A model generated the notes under the pieces. It did no database searches and was not told the DNA's origin. It worked only from the letters and a program-made list of their open reading frames with translations. A program made the position numbers and the translations under genes. A stretch of 64,000 nt of DNA from an uncultured Clostridium sp. GTDB taxonomy: Bacteria; Bacillota; Clostridia; Christensenellales; CAG-138. Positions 39,539 through 47,994 of the stretch are shown piece by piece (positions within the stretch are counted from its first letter, which is position 1; every line of letters starts with the position of its first letter). The DNA lies in assembly GCA_964487565.1 (NCBI GenBank), contig CAZARN010000002.1:3867-67866 (forward strand), in the 5' to 3' direction.

Positions 39539-39571
39539 GGGGGCCGCAGCGCAATGCGGCTCCCGCTTTTT
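39539..39571 (+). terminator. Intrinsic terminator after the DUF819 gene
   Basis: GGGGGCCGCA-gcgcaa-TGCGGCTCCC (10 bp, one G-U pair) followed by GCTTTTT. Confidence 0.75.
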
Positions 39572-39640
39572 GCGCCCTAATGCCGCAGGGGGCCGCAATA
39601 CCCTCAGCGACGCTGTAAAAATTGATACGGTGAATTCCTG

Positions 39641-39669
39641 TTGACTTCGCATTTCCCCTGTGATAGAAT
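39641..39669 (+). promoter_or_regulatory. sigma-A type promoter of the rplU-prp-rpmA operon
   Basis: TTGACT (39641-39646), a 17-nt spacer, then TAGAAT (39664-39669) with an extended -10 TG. Confidence 0.7.
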
Positions 39670-39675
39670 GCCCTA

Positions 39676-39760
39676 GTGAGCCGCTCCGCGCCGGCTTTTT
39701 AAGTGTGGTGCCAACCACCGCCGTTTTTGCGGGCGAGACTGTGATCAGGAGGTGCAGAAC
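39676..39760 (+). promoter_or_regulatory. rplU 5' leader, possibly the L21-leader-type autoregulatory RNA
   Basis: ~85-nt UTR with two short hairpins, each followed by a T5 run (around 39679-39700 and 39705-39728). An L21 leader is known in Firmicutes, but I cannot run the covariance model. Confidence 0.4.
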
Positions 39761-40066
39761 GTGTACGCGATCATTAGAACCGGAGGCAAGCAGTACAAGG
39801 TCGAAGCCGGCGACGAGATCCTCGTTGAAAAGCTTGAGGCCGAGAACGGCAGCGAAGTCTCCTTTGAAGTTCTTATGCTTTGCGACGGCGAGACCGTGAC
39901 TGTCGGTAAGCCCGTTGTTGAAGGCGTCGTGGCCAAGGCCGAGGTTATCGACCAGGTCAAGGGCAAAAAAGTTATCGTCTTCAAGTATAAAGCCAAAAAG
40001 AATTTCCGCAAAAAGCAGGGTCATCGTCAGCCGTATACCAAGGTCAAGATCAATACGATCGGCTGA
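39761..40066 (+). CDS. rplU: 50S ribosomal protein L21
   Basis: GTG 39761, 8 nt after AGGAGG, gives (M)[24 protein letters not shown], the canonical L21 N-terminus. Confidence 0.95.
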   Translation: MYAIIRTGGKQYKVEAGDEILVEKLEAENGSEVSFEVLMLCDGETVTVGKPVVEGVVAKAEVIDQVKGKKVIVFKYKAKKNFRKKQGHRQPYTKVKINTIG

Positions 40067-40072
40067 TCCGCC

Positions 40073-40411
40073 ATGACAGAAGTAACAGTTTTCCGTTCAC
40101 ACAGGGACGGCGGCAGGATTGCCGGCTTCGAGGCGCAAGGCCATACGGACTTCGCCGAGAGCGGAAACGACATCGTCTGCGCCGCGGTGAGCATCCTCAC
40201 CCAGTGCGCCGTGATGGGAATCACGGAGTATCTTCACGAGGATTGCGCGCGCGATATATCCGATGGGCACATATACTGTATGCTCCCTCAGGACATAAGC
40301 GAAAACGCATGGCGCGAGGCGGAAATCATCCTCGAAACGATGGCGATGGGCCTCAAATCCCTCGCCGGAACCTACGGTGATTACATCAAGTTGATCGAAA
40401 GGGAGGTGTAA
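40073..40411 (+). CDS. prp: Ribosomal-processing cysteine protease Prp
   Basis: 112 aa between rplU and rpm[21 protein letters not shown] contains the His/Cys dyad region of Prp. Confidence 0.9.
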   Translation: MTEVTVFRSHRDGGRIAGFEAQGHTDFAESGNDIVCAAVSILTQCAVMGITEYLHEDCARDISDGHIYCMLPQDISENAWREAEIILETMAMGLKSLAGTYGDYIKLIEREV

Positions 40412-40415
40412 CACG

Positions 40416-40712
40416 ATGATGAATATCGATCTGCAGCTTTTTGCACATAAAAAAGGAATGGGCAGCACCCGCAACGGCCGTGAAAGCGAATCCAAGCGTC
40501 TTGGGCCGAAACGTGCGGACGGTCAGTTCGTTCTCGCAGGCAACATCCTCGTGAGGCAGCGCGGTACGCATTACCATCCCGGCACCAATGTTGGCCTTGG
40601 CAAGGACGATACGCTCTTTGCGAAGATCGACGGCGTCGTGCGCTTTGAAACCAAGCATCTTGGCAAAAAGCAGGTAAGCGTTTATGCAGCCGAGCAGGAA
40701 GCAGCCAATTAA
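40416..40712 (+). CDS. rpmA: 50S ribosomal protein L27 with N-terminal Prp-cleaved propeptide
   Basis: [10 protein letters not shown]|[20 protein letters not shown]: a propeptide ending in LFA, followed by the conserved mature N-terminus. Confidence 0.95.
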   Translation: MMNIDLQLFAHKKGMGSTRNGRESESKRLGPKRADGQFVLAGNILVRQRGTHYHPGTNVGLGKDDTLFAKIDGVVRFETKHLGKKQVSVYAAEQEAAN

Positions 40713-40747
40713 AGATCATTTATCTCGTTGAACACAAGGGCCGTCCG

Positions 40748-40774
40748 CAATGGACGGCCCTTTTCATATTCGCA
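40748..40774. terminator. Intrinsic terminator after rpmA
   Basis: GGGCCGTCC-gcaat-GGACGGCCC followed by TTTT. Confidence 0.8.
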
Positions 40775-40786
40775 TAACGCATGTTT

Positions 40787-41356
40787 TCAAAGCGTTATCG
40801 CCATGTACCCGCCAAGAAGCGCAGCCTCCGTCTCGTCGTGCGTTGCGATGACGGCAAGCGGAAAAAGCCCCGCGATCCTTTGGCATATGCGCGCGCGCAG
40901 CGCGTCGTCAAGCCCCTTGAACGGCTCGTCGAGGATGAGTATGTCTCCCCCGGCCCTGAGCGCGCGCGAGAGCGCAACGCGCCGCTGCATCCCGCCGGAA
41001 AGCTCCGACGCCTTTTTATCCGCGCTTTCCGTAAGCTCGACGATCGCAAGGCACTCGTCAACGCCGCGCTGTCCGTCGACAAACGCAACGTTATCGCGCG
41101 CGCTCATAAAGCTCATCAGTCTGTCCTCCTGAAAGACGAACGCCGCGCGTTTGCCGTCAAGTCCCGTTATGCGTCCGGATGCAGGCTCCAGCAGCCCCGC
41201 GAAGGCGCGCAGCAGCGTCGTTTTGCCGACGCCCGACGGCCCCAGCACGGCGATGACGCCCGTTTCGGGAAGCTGCGCGTTCAGATGCGCGACGACGGTT
41301 TTTCCGGCGCGCGCAAGGCTCACATCTTCAAAGCTTATCACCGGCATACCTCCCAA
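40787..41356 (-). CDS. ABC transporter ATP-binding protein (NitT/TauT-type importer), compact
   Basis: Walker A GPSGVGKTT, signature LSGGMQRR, Walker B ILILDEP and H-loop ATHD. Only 189 aa. The start region overlaps the permease stop. Confidence 0.85.
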   Translation of the reverse strand: MGGMPVISFEDVSLARAGKTVVAHLNAQLPETGVIAVLGPSGVGKTTLLRAFAGLLEPASGRITGLDGKRAAFVFQEDRLMSFMSARDNVAFVDGQRGVDECLAIVELTESADKKASELSGGMQRRVALSRALRAGGDILILDEPFKGLDDALRARICQRIAGLFPLAVIATHDETEAALLGGYMAITL

Positions 41357-42068
41357 GCAGCCTCACCATCAGCTTTTCAAGCAGCATGCTGAGGATTATC
41401 ACCGCCGCCGTCCACGCGAAAAGCTCCGGCGTTTCCAAATAAATCTTGCAATCGTTTAGACTTCGCCCGATGGACAGTTCGGTGGATGCGATCACCTCCG
41501 CCGCGACCCCGCTTTTCCATGTAAAGCCGAGGCCTGTCGTGCATGCCGCCACAAACTGCGGCATGGCCGAGGGCACATACAGCTTCAGGAAACGGCGCAT
41601 GCGCGGCACACGGTAGAATTCGGCCATTTCAACAAGAAGCGGATCCGTTGCGCGCAGCCCCGCGCGCACGTTTGCCCAAACGATCGGCGTTACCATGAGA
41701 AACGCGATGAACGTTGGGGTGAGCGCGCTTGTGAGCCACAGCAGCACAAGAATGATGAAGCTTGTTACCGGCGTGGCCTTGATTATCGTCCGAAGCGGCG
41801 CGAGCAGCGCGTCAGCCGCCGATGAGAACGCAGTGAGCACGCCGAGCGTGCTTCCCGCGATCACGCCCAGCAAAAACCCCGTCACGACCCGAAGCAGCGT
41901 CATGCCTACCGTCTGATAAAAGCGCGCCGTGGCAAGCAGCGAAAAAAGCGCTTTCGCGGTATCGACCGGAGAGGGAAAAACAAGCGCCCTGCCCACCGCG
42001 AGGGAGATCAGCTCCCACGCGGCGATATAGCAGAGCGCTATGCCTGTTTTTTTTGCAAATGCCTTCAT
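41328..42068 (-). CDS. ABC transporter permease (NitT/TauT family)
   Basis: 246-aa, 6-TM BPD-type permease between the binding protein and the ATPase. Confidence 0.82.
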   Translation of the reverse strand: MKAFAKKTGIALCYIAAWELISLAVGRALVFPSPVDTAKALFSLLATARFYQTVGMTLLRVVTGFLLGVIAGSTLGVLTAFSSAADALLAPLRTIIKATPVTSFIILVLLWLTSALTPTFIAFLMVTPIVWANVRAGLRATDPLLVEMAEFYRVPRMRRFLKLYVPSAMPQFVAACTTGLGFTWKSGVAAEVIASTELSIGRSLNDCKIYLETPELFAWTAAVIILSMLLEKLMVRLLGRYAGDKL

Positions 42069-43027
42069 TACTTTCCGGAATAGTAGAAATCATCGCCCGG
42101 AAGCGCGCCGCCGACGCTCTTCGCGTTCGCGTCAAAGAGCACGTTGAGCATTGCTTCGGCCATTTCGCGCATGTCGGAGCCGGTTATGAACACGATATTG
42201 CTCTTCTCGATAGACGCCTTTCCGACGGCGGCCTTCGCCACCACGCCGTAGGTTTCCATCATTGCAGCAGCCTTTTCGTGATGCTCGTTGACATAATTCA
42301 CGGAGGCCTGATAATCCTCAAGGAACGCCTTCACTTCGGCTTCATGCTCCGCAAGGTACTCGCTTCTGACCACGATGCAGCCCTGCACGGCGGAAATGCC
42401 TGTGGCTTCTTCCCAAAGCGCGTTGAGATCGAGCGCGACACGAACGGATTCGTTCTGCATAAGAACGCTTGTCACATTGGGTTCGGGCAGCATGCCGAGC
42501 GTCACGTCGCCTGAAGCCATAAGGGTCGCAAGTTCGCTGTGTTCAGCCTTGTATTCGACAGTAACGCTGTCCGTGAGGCCGTATTGGGCAAGGATATAGT
42601 TGAGCATGTATTCAGGCGTTGAACCCTGACCTGTCGCATAGAGCGTCTTGCCCGCAAGATCCGTCACAGACTGTATCTCTTCACCGTTTTCAAGCACATA
42701 AAGCACGCCCAAAGTGTTCACCGCAAGCATGACCACACCGCCCTCGGTTTTGTTGTACAGCACGCTTGCGAGGTTGAGCGGCACAGCGGCGATATCCGTT
42801 TCACCCGATATGAGCTGGGCCGTGACGTCATCCGGCGCGGAAGACAGGGTTATCGCGTATTTGTCGGCAAATTCATTGCCCATCAAAAGCGTCATGCCCA
42901 TGCCGGTCGGGCCTTTGAGGCCGGTTATCCTGATCGGCTGCTCGAACGAGGCCGCGCCTGAAGCACAGCCTGCGGCAAGCGCCGCGCACATGAGAAGCGC
43001 AACAAAAAGTGATACGAGTTTCTTCAT
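42068..43027 (-). CDS. ABC transporter substrate-binding lipoprotein (NMT1/THI5-like)
   Basis: Lipoprotein signal MKKLVSLFVALLMCAALAAGC. NMT1-like periplasmic binding fold pattern. Substrate unknown. Confidence 0.8.
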   Translation of the reverse strand: MKKLVSLFVALLMCAALAAGCASGAASFEQPIRITGLKGPTGMGMTLLMGNEFADKYAITLSSAPDDVTAQLISGETDIAAVPLNLASVLYNKTEGGVVMLAVNTLGVLYVLENGEEIQSVTDLAGKTLYATGQGSTPEYMLNYILAQYGLTDSVTVEYKAEHSELATLMASGDVTLGMLPEPNVTSVLMQNESVRVALDLNALWEEATGISAVQGCIVVRSEYLAEHEAEVKAFLEDYQASVNYVNEHHEKAAAMMETYGVVAKAAVGKASIEKSNIVFITGSDMREMAEAMLNVLFDANAKSVGGALPGDDFYYSGK

Positions 43028-43030
43028 CTT

Positions 43031-43690
43031 TCAAATTTCCTCCGTAAGGTTTTCTTTTATGTATATCGTGTGTCCGCTGCGTTCTATCGCCCCCCGCTGC
43101 TCAAGCTCGTCGAGCGCGCGGTAAAGCGATGCCCTGCTCACGCAAAGCGCGGCGGCAAGCGCGGTATAACCGATGGAAAGATCGACAGCGCCCTCGTGCG
43201 CGGATGAAACAAGATAATTCCAAAGCTTGCCTGTAGCCCCCGGCGATCCTATGCTTTCGATCCTCCCGGTGAGAAAGCGGATCCTCCCTGTGAGATAGCG
43301 CATATAGTTTTGTGCGATCTGAAAGTTATCGCGCATGAGCTGACGCACTTTCTCATCCGGAAACGCCGCCGTGCGGCACGCGGTAACGGCTTCGACATGC
43401 GTCACCGTGCGCGCCCCGTCAACGAAAAGGCAGCTCGCGCCCATCGTCGCCCCGGGGACCAAAATGCTCATGAGCACCTGCGCTCCGGAAGCGTTTTTGC
43501 TCACCCTGGCGCGACCCTCGAGCAATATCCACAGTCCGCAAAGCTCCGTACCTTCACGGAAAAGGCATTCCCCCGCCCTGTATGCCCTCACAGGCACATC
43601 GCACACGGCGCTGCGCACCGTCTCTTCGTCAAGCCCGGCGAAAAGAGGCGTTTTTGCCATGATCGCGATGTCGGTTGCGGTGAAATCCAT
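43031..43690 (-). CDS. Crp/Fnr family transcriptional regulator
   Basis: cNMP-binding-like N-terminal domain and a C-terminal HTH (YTALAAALCVSRASLYRALDELEQRGAI). Confidence 0.85.
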   Translation of the reverse strand: MDFTATDIAIMAKTPLFAGLDEETVRSAVCDVPVRAYRAGECLFREGTELCGLWILLEGRARVSKNASGAQVLMSILVPGATMGASCLFVDGARTVTHVEAVTACRTAAFPDEKVRQLMRDNFQIAQNYMRYLTGRIRFLTGRIESIGSPGATGKLWNYLVSSAHEGAVDLSIGYTALAAALCVSRASLYRALDELEQRGAIERSGHTIYIKENLTEEI

Positions 43691-43707
43691 TTTTGCCTCC
43701 GGTAATT

Positions 43708-43723
43708 TGTCTCATTTGAGACA
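43708..43723. promoter_or_regulatory. Crp/Fnr-type palindrome TGTCT-N6-AGACA
   Basis: TGTCTCATTTGAGACA (the perfect inverted repeat extends to TTGTCTCA/TGAGACAA). It lies 18 nt upstream of the regulator's start codon, in the divergent region shared with the MacB-type ABC operon. Confidence 0.5.
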
Positions 43724-43893
43724 ATTTTATGATAGCACTTCTTTCGTGCCGCGTCAATCGGCCGCAAAGTATATATTTTTTTCTCCGACACGCAACCATT
43801 TTTATGTCTCAGACGTTATATATCGAAGGTGCAGCGGATGAAACAATGTTAACCGATTGTTCTTTTGTCTTTTGCATATTGTGTATATAATGT

Positions 43894-44658
43894 ATGAAGA
43901 TGGAAAAAGGGGGTAACAGCACATTGGAAGCAGCTCCTGTGATAGAGGTCAGAAACGTCAGAAAAACATACCGTGTCGGCAGCGTTGACATAGAAGCGCT
44001 CCGCGGAGTTGATCTTACGATAAAACCGGGCGAAATATGCTGCATCGTCGGCCGTTCGGGTTCCGGCAAATCGACTCTGCTGAATGTTTTGGCAGGGCTT
44101 GAGCACGTCACCTCAGGCGAAATCGTGATCGCCGGCAAAAGGCTCGACAGGATGAACCAGAGCGAGCTTATCGTTTTCAGGCAGAAACACGTCGGCTTCA
44201 TATTCCAGTCCTTCAACCTCATGCCGTATTACACGGCGCTTGAAAACGTGGCTTTTCCGCTTTCGTTCCGCGGCGTGCCGAGAAAGAAGCGCGAGCGGGA
44301 GGCTAAGGCCGCCCTCAAAACCATGGGGCTTGAAACGCACATGAAGCACAAGCCTTCGCAAATGTCCGGCGGACAGCAGCAGCGCGTCGGCATTGCGCGC
44401 GCGCTTGTAACGGATCCGGATATCGTCTTTGCGGACGAACCGACAGGCAATCTTGACTCCAACACGTCGGACGAAGTGATGACGTCGGTCTGCCATGTCA
44501 TGCGCGAGAGGGGCAAAACGCTCGTTATGGTCACGCACGATCCGAACATGGCCGCCTATGCCGACAGGGTGATCCGACTTCTCGACGGCAGGGTAGTTGA
44601 TATCAGCACAAACGATCACTCCAAAAAAGAATTCATAAACGGGGGTAATATAGAATGA
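43894..44658 (+). CDS. ABC transporter ATP-binding protein (MacB/LolD/FtsE-like)
   Basis: GRSGSGKSTLLN Walker A, LSGGQQQRVGIARAL and IVFADEPTGNLD. The typical FRQKHVGFIFQSFNL block of the MacB clade is present. Confidence 0.9.
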   Translation: MKMEKGGNSTLEAAPVIEVRNVRKTYRVGSVDIEALRGVDLTIKPGEICCIVGRSGSGKSTLLNVLAGLEHVTSGEIVIAGKRLDRMNQSELIVFRQKHVGFIFQSFNLMPYYTALENVAFPLSFRGVPRKKREREAKAALKTMGLETHMKHKPSQMSGGQQQRVGIARALVTDPDIVFADEPTGNLDSNTSDEVMTSVCHVMRERGKTLVMVTHDPNMAAYADRVIRLLDGRVVDISTNDHSKKEFINGGNIE

Positions 44659-46442
44659 GACTCAAGAGAATACTCGCATTTTTCTTTGCGCTTACCATGG
44701 TGTTCGCCGCGCTGCCTGCGCTTGCAACGGGCGAAGGCGGGGCCGCCGCGCCGGCATCTCCGACAGCTCCCGGTCCCTCCGCGACGGAGATCACCATGAC
44801 CGACGCAAATTCCGGTTACGGCGTTGCATATATACTCGTTTCGATTTCGAATAACAGCAGCGAGGCTATCACTCTCACAGATGTGACATGCACCTCAAAG
44901 CGCGTGATAAAGGACGCCGTGCTGCTTCCCAACAACAATGCGCCCATCGCGATCGCCTCAGGCGACTCATATCAATTCATCCTCTCAAAGGGCGTCGCTT
45001 CCTCCGTGACGGGTTCTGTGACGGAAACGTTTGATTTTACCTTCACTTCCGTCACAACGCCGATATTCAAAAAATCCTCGAGCGTCTCATTGACGTTTGC
45101 CGAGGCAACGCCGTCCGCAACGCCCGCGCCGGGCACGTCCTCGCCCGCGTTCAGGCTTTCCGCATATGACAAAGCCGGCAAATTCGTCAATACCCCGTCC
45201 GGCAACGCGGGTGATAAGGTCACCGTGCGCATCCCGCTCATGTGCATCGACGGGCCGGTGGATCATGTTACAGTCACGCCGAAGCTTTCCACCAATCTTG
45301 ATGAATTCCCGTTTGACATTACGCTGCTTGATTATACCCTCGCCTATGACAGCTCCGTAAAACAGGGCGAGATCATCGAGTGTCAGTATGTTGATCTTCG
45401 CATAGGCAAAAAGGTCACCTCCGGCGTGAAAAAGGTGGATTTCACCGTGTCATATGTGCCGCGTTGGGGCAGCACCGACGCCCCGCAGACACAGGACGTG
45501 AGCATTTATGTGAACGTTGTGAAGGGTTATACCGAAGCGACCGGCGGCGATACGCCGACAGCCGTATCCCAGCCCAAGGTCATACTTGAAAGCTACTCGA
45601 TGAGCACGGACAAAATATACGCCGGCGAGGAATTTGAGGTCACATTCACCCTCAAAAACACCTCGACCGCCGAAGCCGTGCAGAACATACAGATAAGCAT
45701 CAGCGACACCTCCGACACAGGCAAGCTGCTGCCCGCGCAGAACGGTTCAAACACGCTTTACATCCAAAGGATCGACAAGGATTCGTCCTATACCGTCAAA
45801 TATGCGATGCAGAGCGCGGCGGATATAGAACCCAAGGCGTATAAGCTCGCGCTCGCCATCGCCTACGAGGGCGCGAAGAAGGTCGCAGCCTATACGGCGA
45901 ACGAAACGATCTCCGTGACCATTCTCCAGAAGATCCGGCTCAAGTTCGACGATCCCGTGTTCTATGACGATTGCCTTGTCGGCTCCCCTTGCGGCGTGAG
46001 CCTTGCAATGTACAACATGGGCCGCTCCTCGGTTTACAACTGCATGGTTGCCGTTGAAGGCGACGGGCTCGCGATGGAGGAAACCTATTTCGGCGGCACC
46101 GTCACATCCGGCGGCACGATGAGCGCGGATTTTTCCATCATTGCAAGCACAGCCGGCGATATTTCGGGCGCGTTCGTCGTATCATACGAGGATTCTTTGG
46201 GCGAAGCCATGGAGGAACGCATTCCCTTCACGCTTTCTGTGCAGGACATGAGCTATGAAGAACCGGTGGTGAATGATCCTTCGATGAACGTCGATCCGAC
46301 GGCTGAAGCAGGCGCCGGCGTCTCCGGCGGTTTATCCGTCTGGGCCTGGATCGCGATAGGCGTCGGCGTGCTTGGCTGTGCGGCCGTCGTGCTTCTTGTG
46401 ATACGCAGGAAAAAGCACAGTAAGGAGTTGGAGGACGTATGA
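44655..46442 (+). CDS. Secreted, C-terminally anchored multi-domain surface protein (CARDB/COG1361-like repeats), function unknown
   Basis: Signal peptide MRLKRILAFFFALTMVFAALPALA. About four beta-rich modules, e.g. YAGEEFEVTFTLKNTSTAEAVQNIQISISD and GSPCGVSLAMYNMGRSSVYNCMVAVEGDGL. C-terminal TM segment WAWIAIGVGVLGCAAVVLLVI followed by RRKKH. Four-nt overlaps with both flanking ABC genes. Confidence 0.7.
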   Translation: MRLKRILAFFFALTMVFAALPALATGEGGAAAPASPTAPGPSATEITMTDANSGYGVAYILVSISNNSSEAITLTDVTCTSKRVIKDAVLLPNNNAPIAIASGDSYQFILSKGVASSVTGSVTETFDFTFTSVTTPIFKKSSSVSLTFAEATPSATPAPGTSSPAFRLSAYDKAGKFVNTPSGNAGDKVTVRIPLMCIDGPVDHVTVTPKLSTNLDEFPFDITLLDYTLAYDSSVKQGEIIECQYVDLRIGKKVTSGVKKVDFTVSYVPRWGSTDAPQTQDVSIYVNVVKGYTEATGGDTPTAVSQPKVILESYSMSTDKIYAGEEFEVTFTLKNTSTAEAVQNIQISISDTSDTGKLLPAQNGSNTLYIQRIDKDSSYTVKYAMQSAADIEPKAYKLALAIAYEGAKKVAAYTANETISVTILQKIRLKFDDPVFYDDCLVGSPCGVSLAMYNMGRSSVYNCMVAVEGDGLAMEETYFGGTVTSGGTMSADFSIIASTAGDISGAFVVSYEDSLGEAMEERIPFTLSVQDMSYEEPVVNDPSMNVDPTAEAGAGVSGGLSVWAWIAIGVGVLGCAAVVLLVIRRKKHSKELEDV

Positions 46443-47731
46443 GATTCTCCGATTTGCTCGCCACGGCGTTTCTGAATCTATGGCGGCGCAAGCTCAGGGC
46501 GTTTCTCACGGTGCTAGGCATGGTCATCGGCACAAGCTCGATCGTCGTCATGGTGTCTCTTGGTATAGGTATGCGCGAAAGCATGATCGAAAGCTATTCC
46601 CAGATGGGAAGCCTTACCAACATCACCGTAATGAATTACAAATACACCGAGGGGCCGAACGGCAACGGAACATACGAGGAGGTCAAGCTCAACAAAAAAG
46701 CCGTTGAACAGATCAAGCAGATCCCCGGCGTGGTCGCCGCCATGCCTGAGATCACCGCCTGGGGCCTTCTCAGAAGCGGCAAGTATATTTCCGACATAAG
46801 CATAATGGCCATTGACACCAAGCAGGCGGAGCTTTTCGGCATAACGCTGGACTCCGGCAAAATGCCATCCGCGCGCTCCTCCGGCGGCACATATGAAATG
46901 GTGCTCGGCAACGGGGTCATCAGCAACTTTTATGACCCCAAAACGGGCAAACAGGCCCTTGACCGTGACGGCAACCCGAAGATCACTGAGAACTCCCGTT
47001 TTCAGCTCACCTTCGACTACAACAACGTTTACGGCAACAATATGGATGACGGCAGCACCGTTCACGGCCGCACATACCGTCTCAAGCCGACGGGTATCGT
47101 GAGCGCATCAAGCAATGATTTTTCCTGGTACTGCCTGATGGATATCGATGCGCTCATAAAGCTTGCCAAAGAAAACTCGACCTTCCTCACGATTGACACG
47201 AAAAACTACAATCAGGTGATCGTCAAGTGCGAGGATACCGAGGCCGTCCGCTCCGTCAAAGCCGCGATAGACAATATGGGCTTCGGCACGAACAGCCTTC
47301 AGGACTGGATCGATCAAAGCGAGAAGGAGATACAGAAAACGCAGTATCTTCTCGGCGCGATCGGCGGCGTTTCGCTGCTTGTTGCGGCGATCGGCATAAT
47401 GAACACGATGATGATGAGCATCTATGAGCGCACGAAGGAGATCGGCATCATCAAGGTGCTCGGCTGCCGGATGTCGAATATCGCAGGCCTGTTCCTCACC
47501 GAATCCGCGTATATCGGCCTCTTCGGCGGCGCGCTCGGCATAGGCATAAGCTACGCGATATCCCTGCTTTTGAACGGCGTGCTTTCGAGCGTCGGCCTCA
47601 CAAGCTCCATCCCGCTGTATCTCGCGCTCGGCGCCGTCGCGTTCTCCGTTATGGTGGCGCTTATTTCCGGGCTTTACCCCGCGGTGCGCGCGATGAAGCT
47701 ATCCCCCCTTGCCGCGATACGCAACGAATAA
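46439..47731 (+). CDS. ABC transporter permease, FtsX/MacB type
   Basis: 430 aa. TM1, then a ~250-aa extracytoplasmic domain, then a C-terminal FtsX 3-TM bundle (GAIGGVSLLVAAIGIMNTMMMSIYERTKEIGIIKVLG). Confidence 0.9.
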   Translation: MRFSDLLATAFLNLWRRKLRAFLTVLGMVIGTSSIVVMVSLGIGMRESMIESYSQMGSLTNITVMNYKYTEGPNGNGTYEEVKLNKKAVEQIKQIPGVVAAMPEITAWGLLRSGKYISDISIMAIDTKQAELFGITLDSGKMPSARSSGGTYEMVLGNGVISNFYDPKTGKQALDRDGNPKITENSRFQLTFDYNNVYGNNMDDGSTVHGRTYRLKPTGIVSASSNDFSWYCLMDIDALIKLAKENSTFLTIDTKNYNQVIVKCEDTEAVRSVKAAIDNMGFGTNSLQDWIDQSEKEIQKTQYLLGAIGGVSLLVAAIGIMNTMMMSIYERTKEIGIIKVLGCRMSNIAGLFLTESAYIGLFGGALGIGISYAISLLLNGVLSSVGLTSSIPLYLALGAVAFSVMVALISGLYPAVRAMKLSPLAAIRNE

Positions 47732-47769
47732 TAAACCGATACTCAATTTCATTTTGATAATAAAAAAAA

Positions 47770-47805
47770 CACTTGCGGCGTCCGGAAATCCGGGCGCCGC
47801 AAGTG
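47770..47805. terminator. Strong hairpin after the ABC operon
   Basis: CACTTGCGGCGTCCGG-aaat-CCGGGCGCCGCAAGTG. An A-tract precedes it, but no T-tract follows on the plus strand, so terminator function is uncertain. Confidence 0.5.
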
Positions 47806-47925
47806 CCATTAAAAAGGAGAAACCCTACATACCATATATATTATTCCGTATTATAAGCACAATGAGAACCCTTGTCAATAGCGCAAACATATGCAAAAAT
47901 TATGGGTGTATAAGTATAAGACATA

Positions 47926-47954
47926 TTGCGCTTATTGCCAAGCGTGCATATAAT
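47926..47954 (+). promoter_or_regulatory. sigma-A type promoter for the GS type III gene
   Basis: TTGCGC (47926-47931), a 17-nt spacer, then TATAAT (47949-47954). Confidence 0.5.
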
Positions 47955-47994
47955 AAAGACTTAATTGGATTTTTTGCAGGAAGAGGTAAGGCTC

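Noticed and set aside
37540-40024. 370-aa (37540..38652) and 356-aa (38954..40024) minus-strand ORFs
   Set aside because: They overlap ddpX, DUF819 and even the rplU leader/gene on the opposite strand. They have no SD or motifs and a biased composition.
47813-47850. Possible small gene after AAAGGAGAAA downstream of the ABC-operon hairpin
   Set aside because: No start codon lies at a suitable distance from the SD-like sequence, and no open frame of meaningful length follows.
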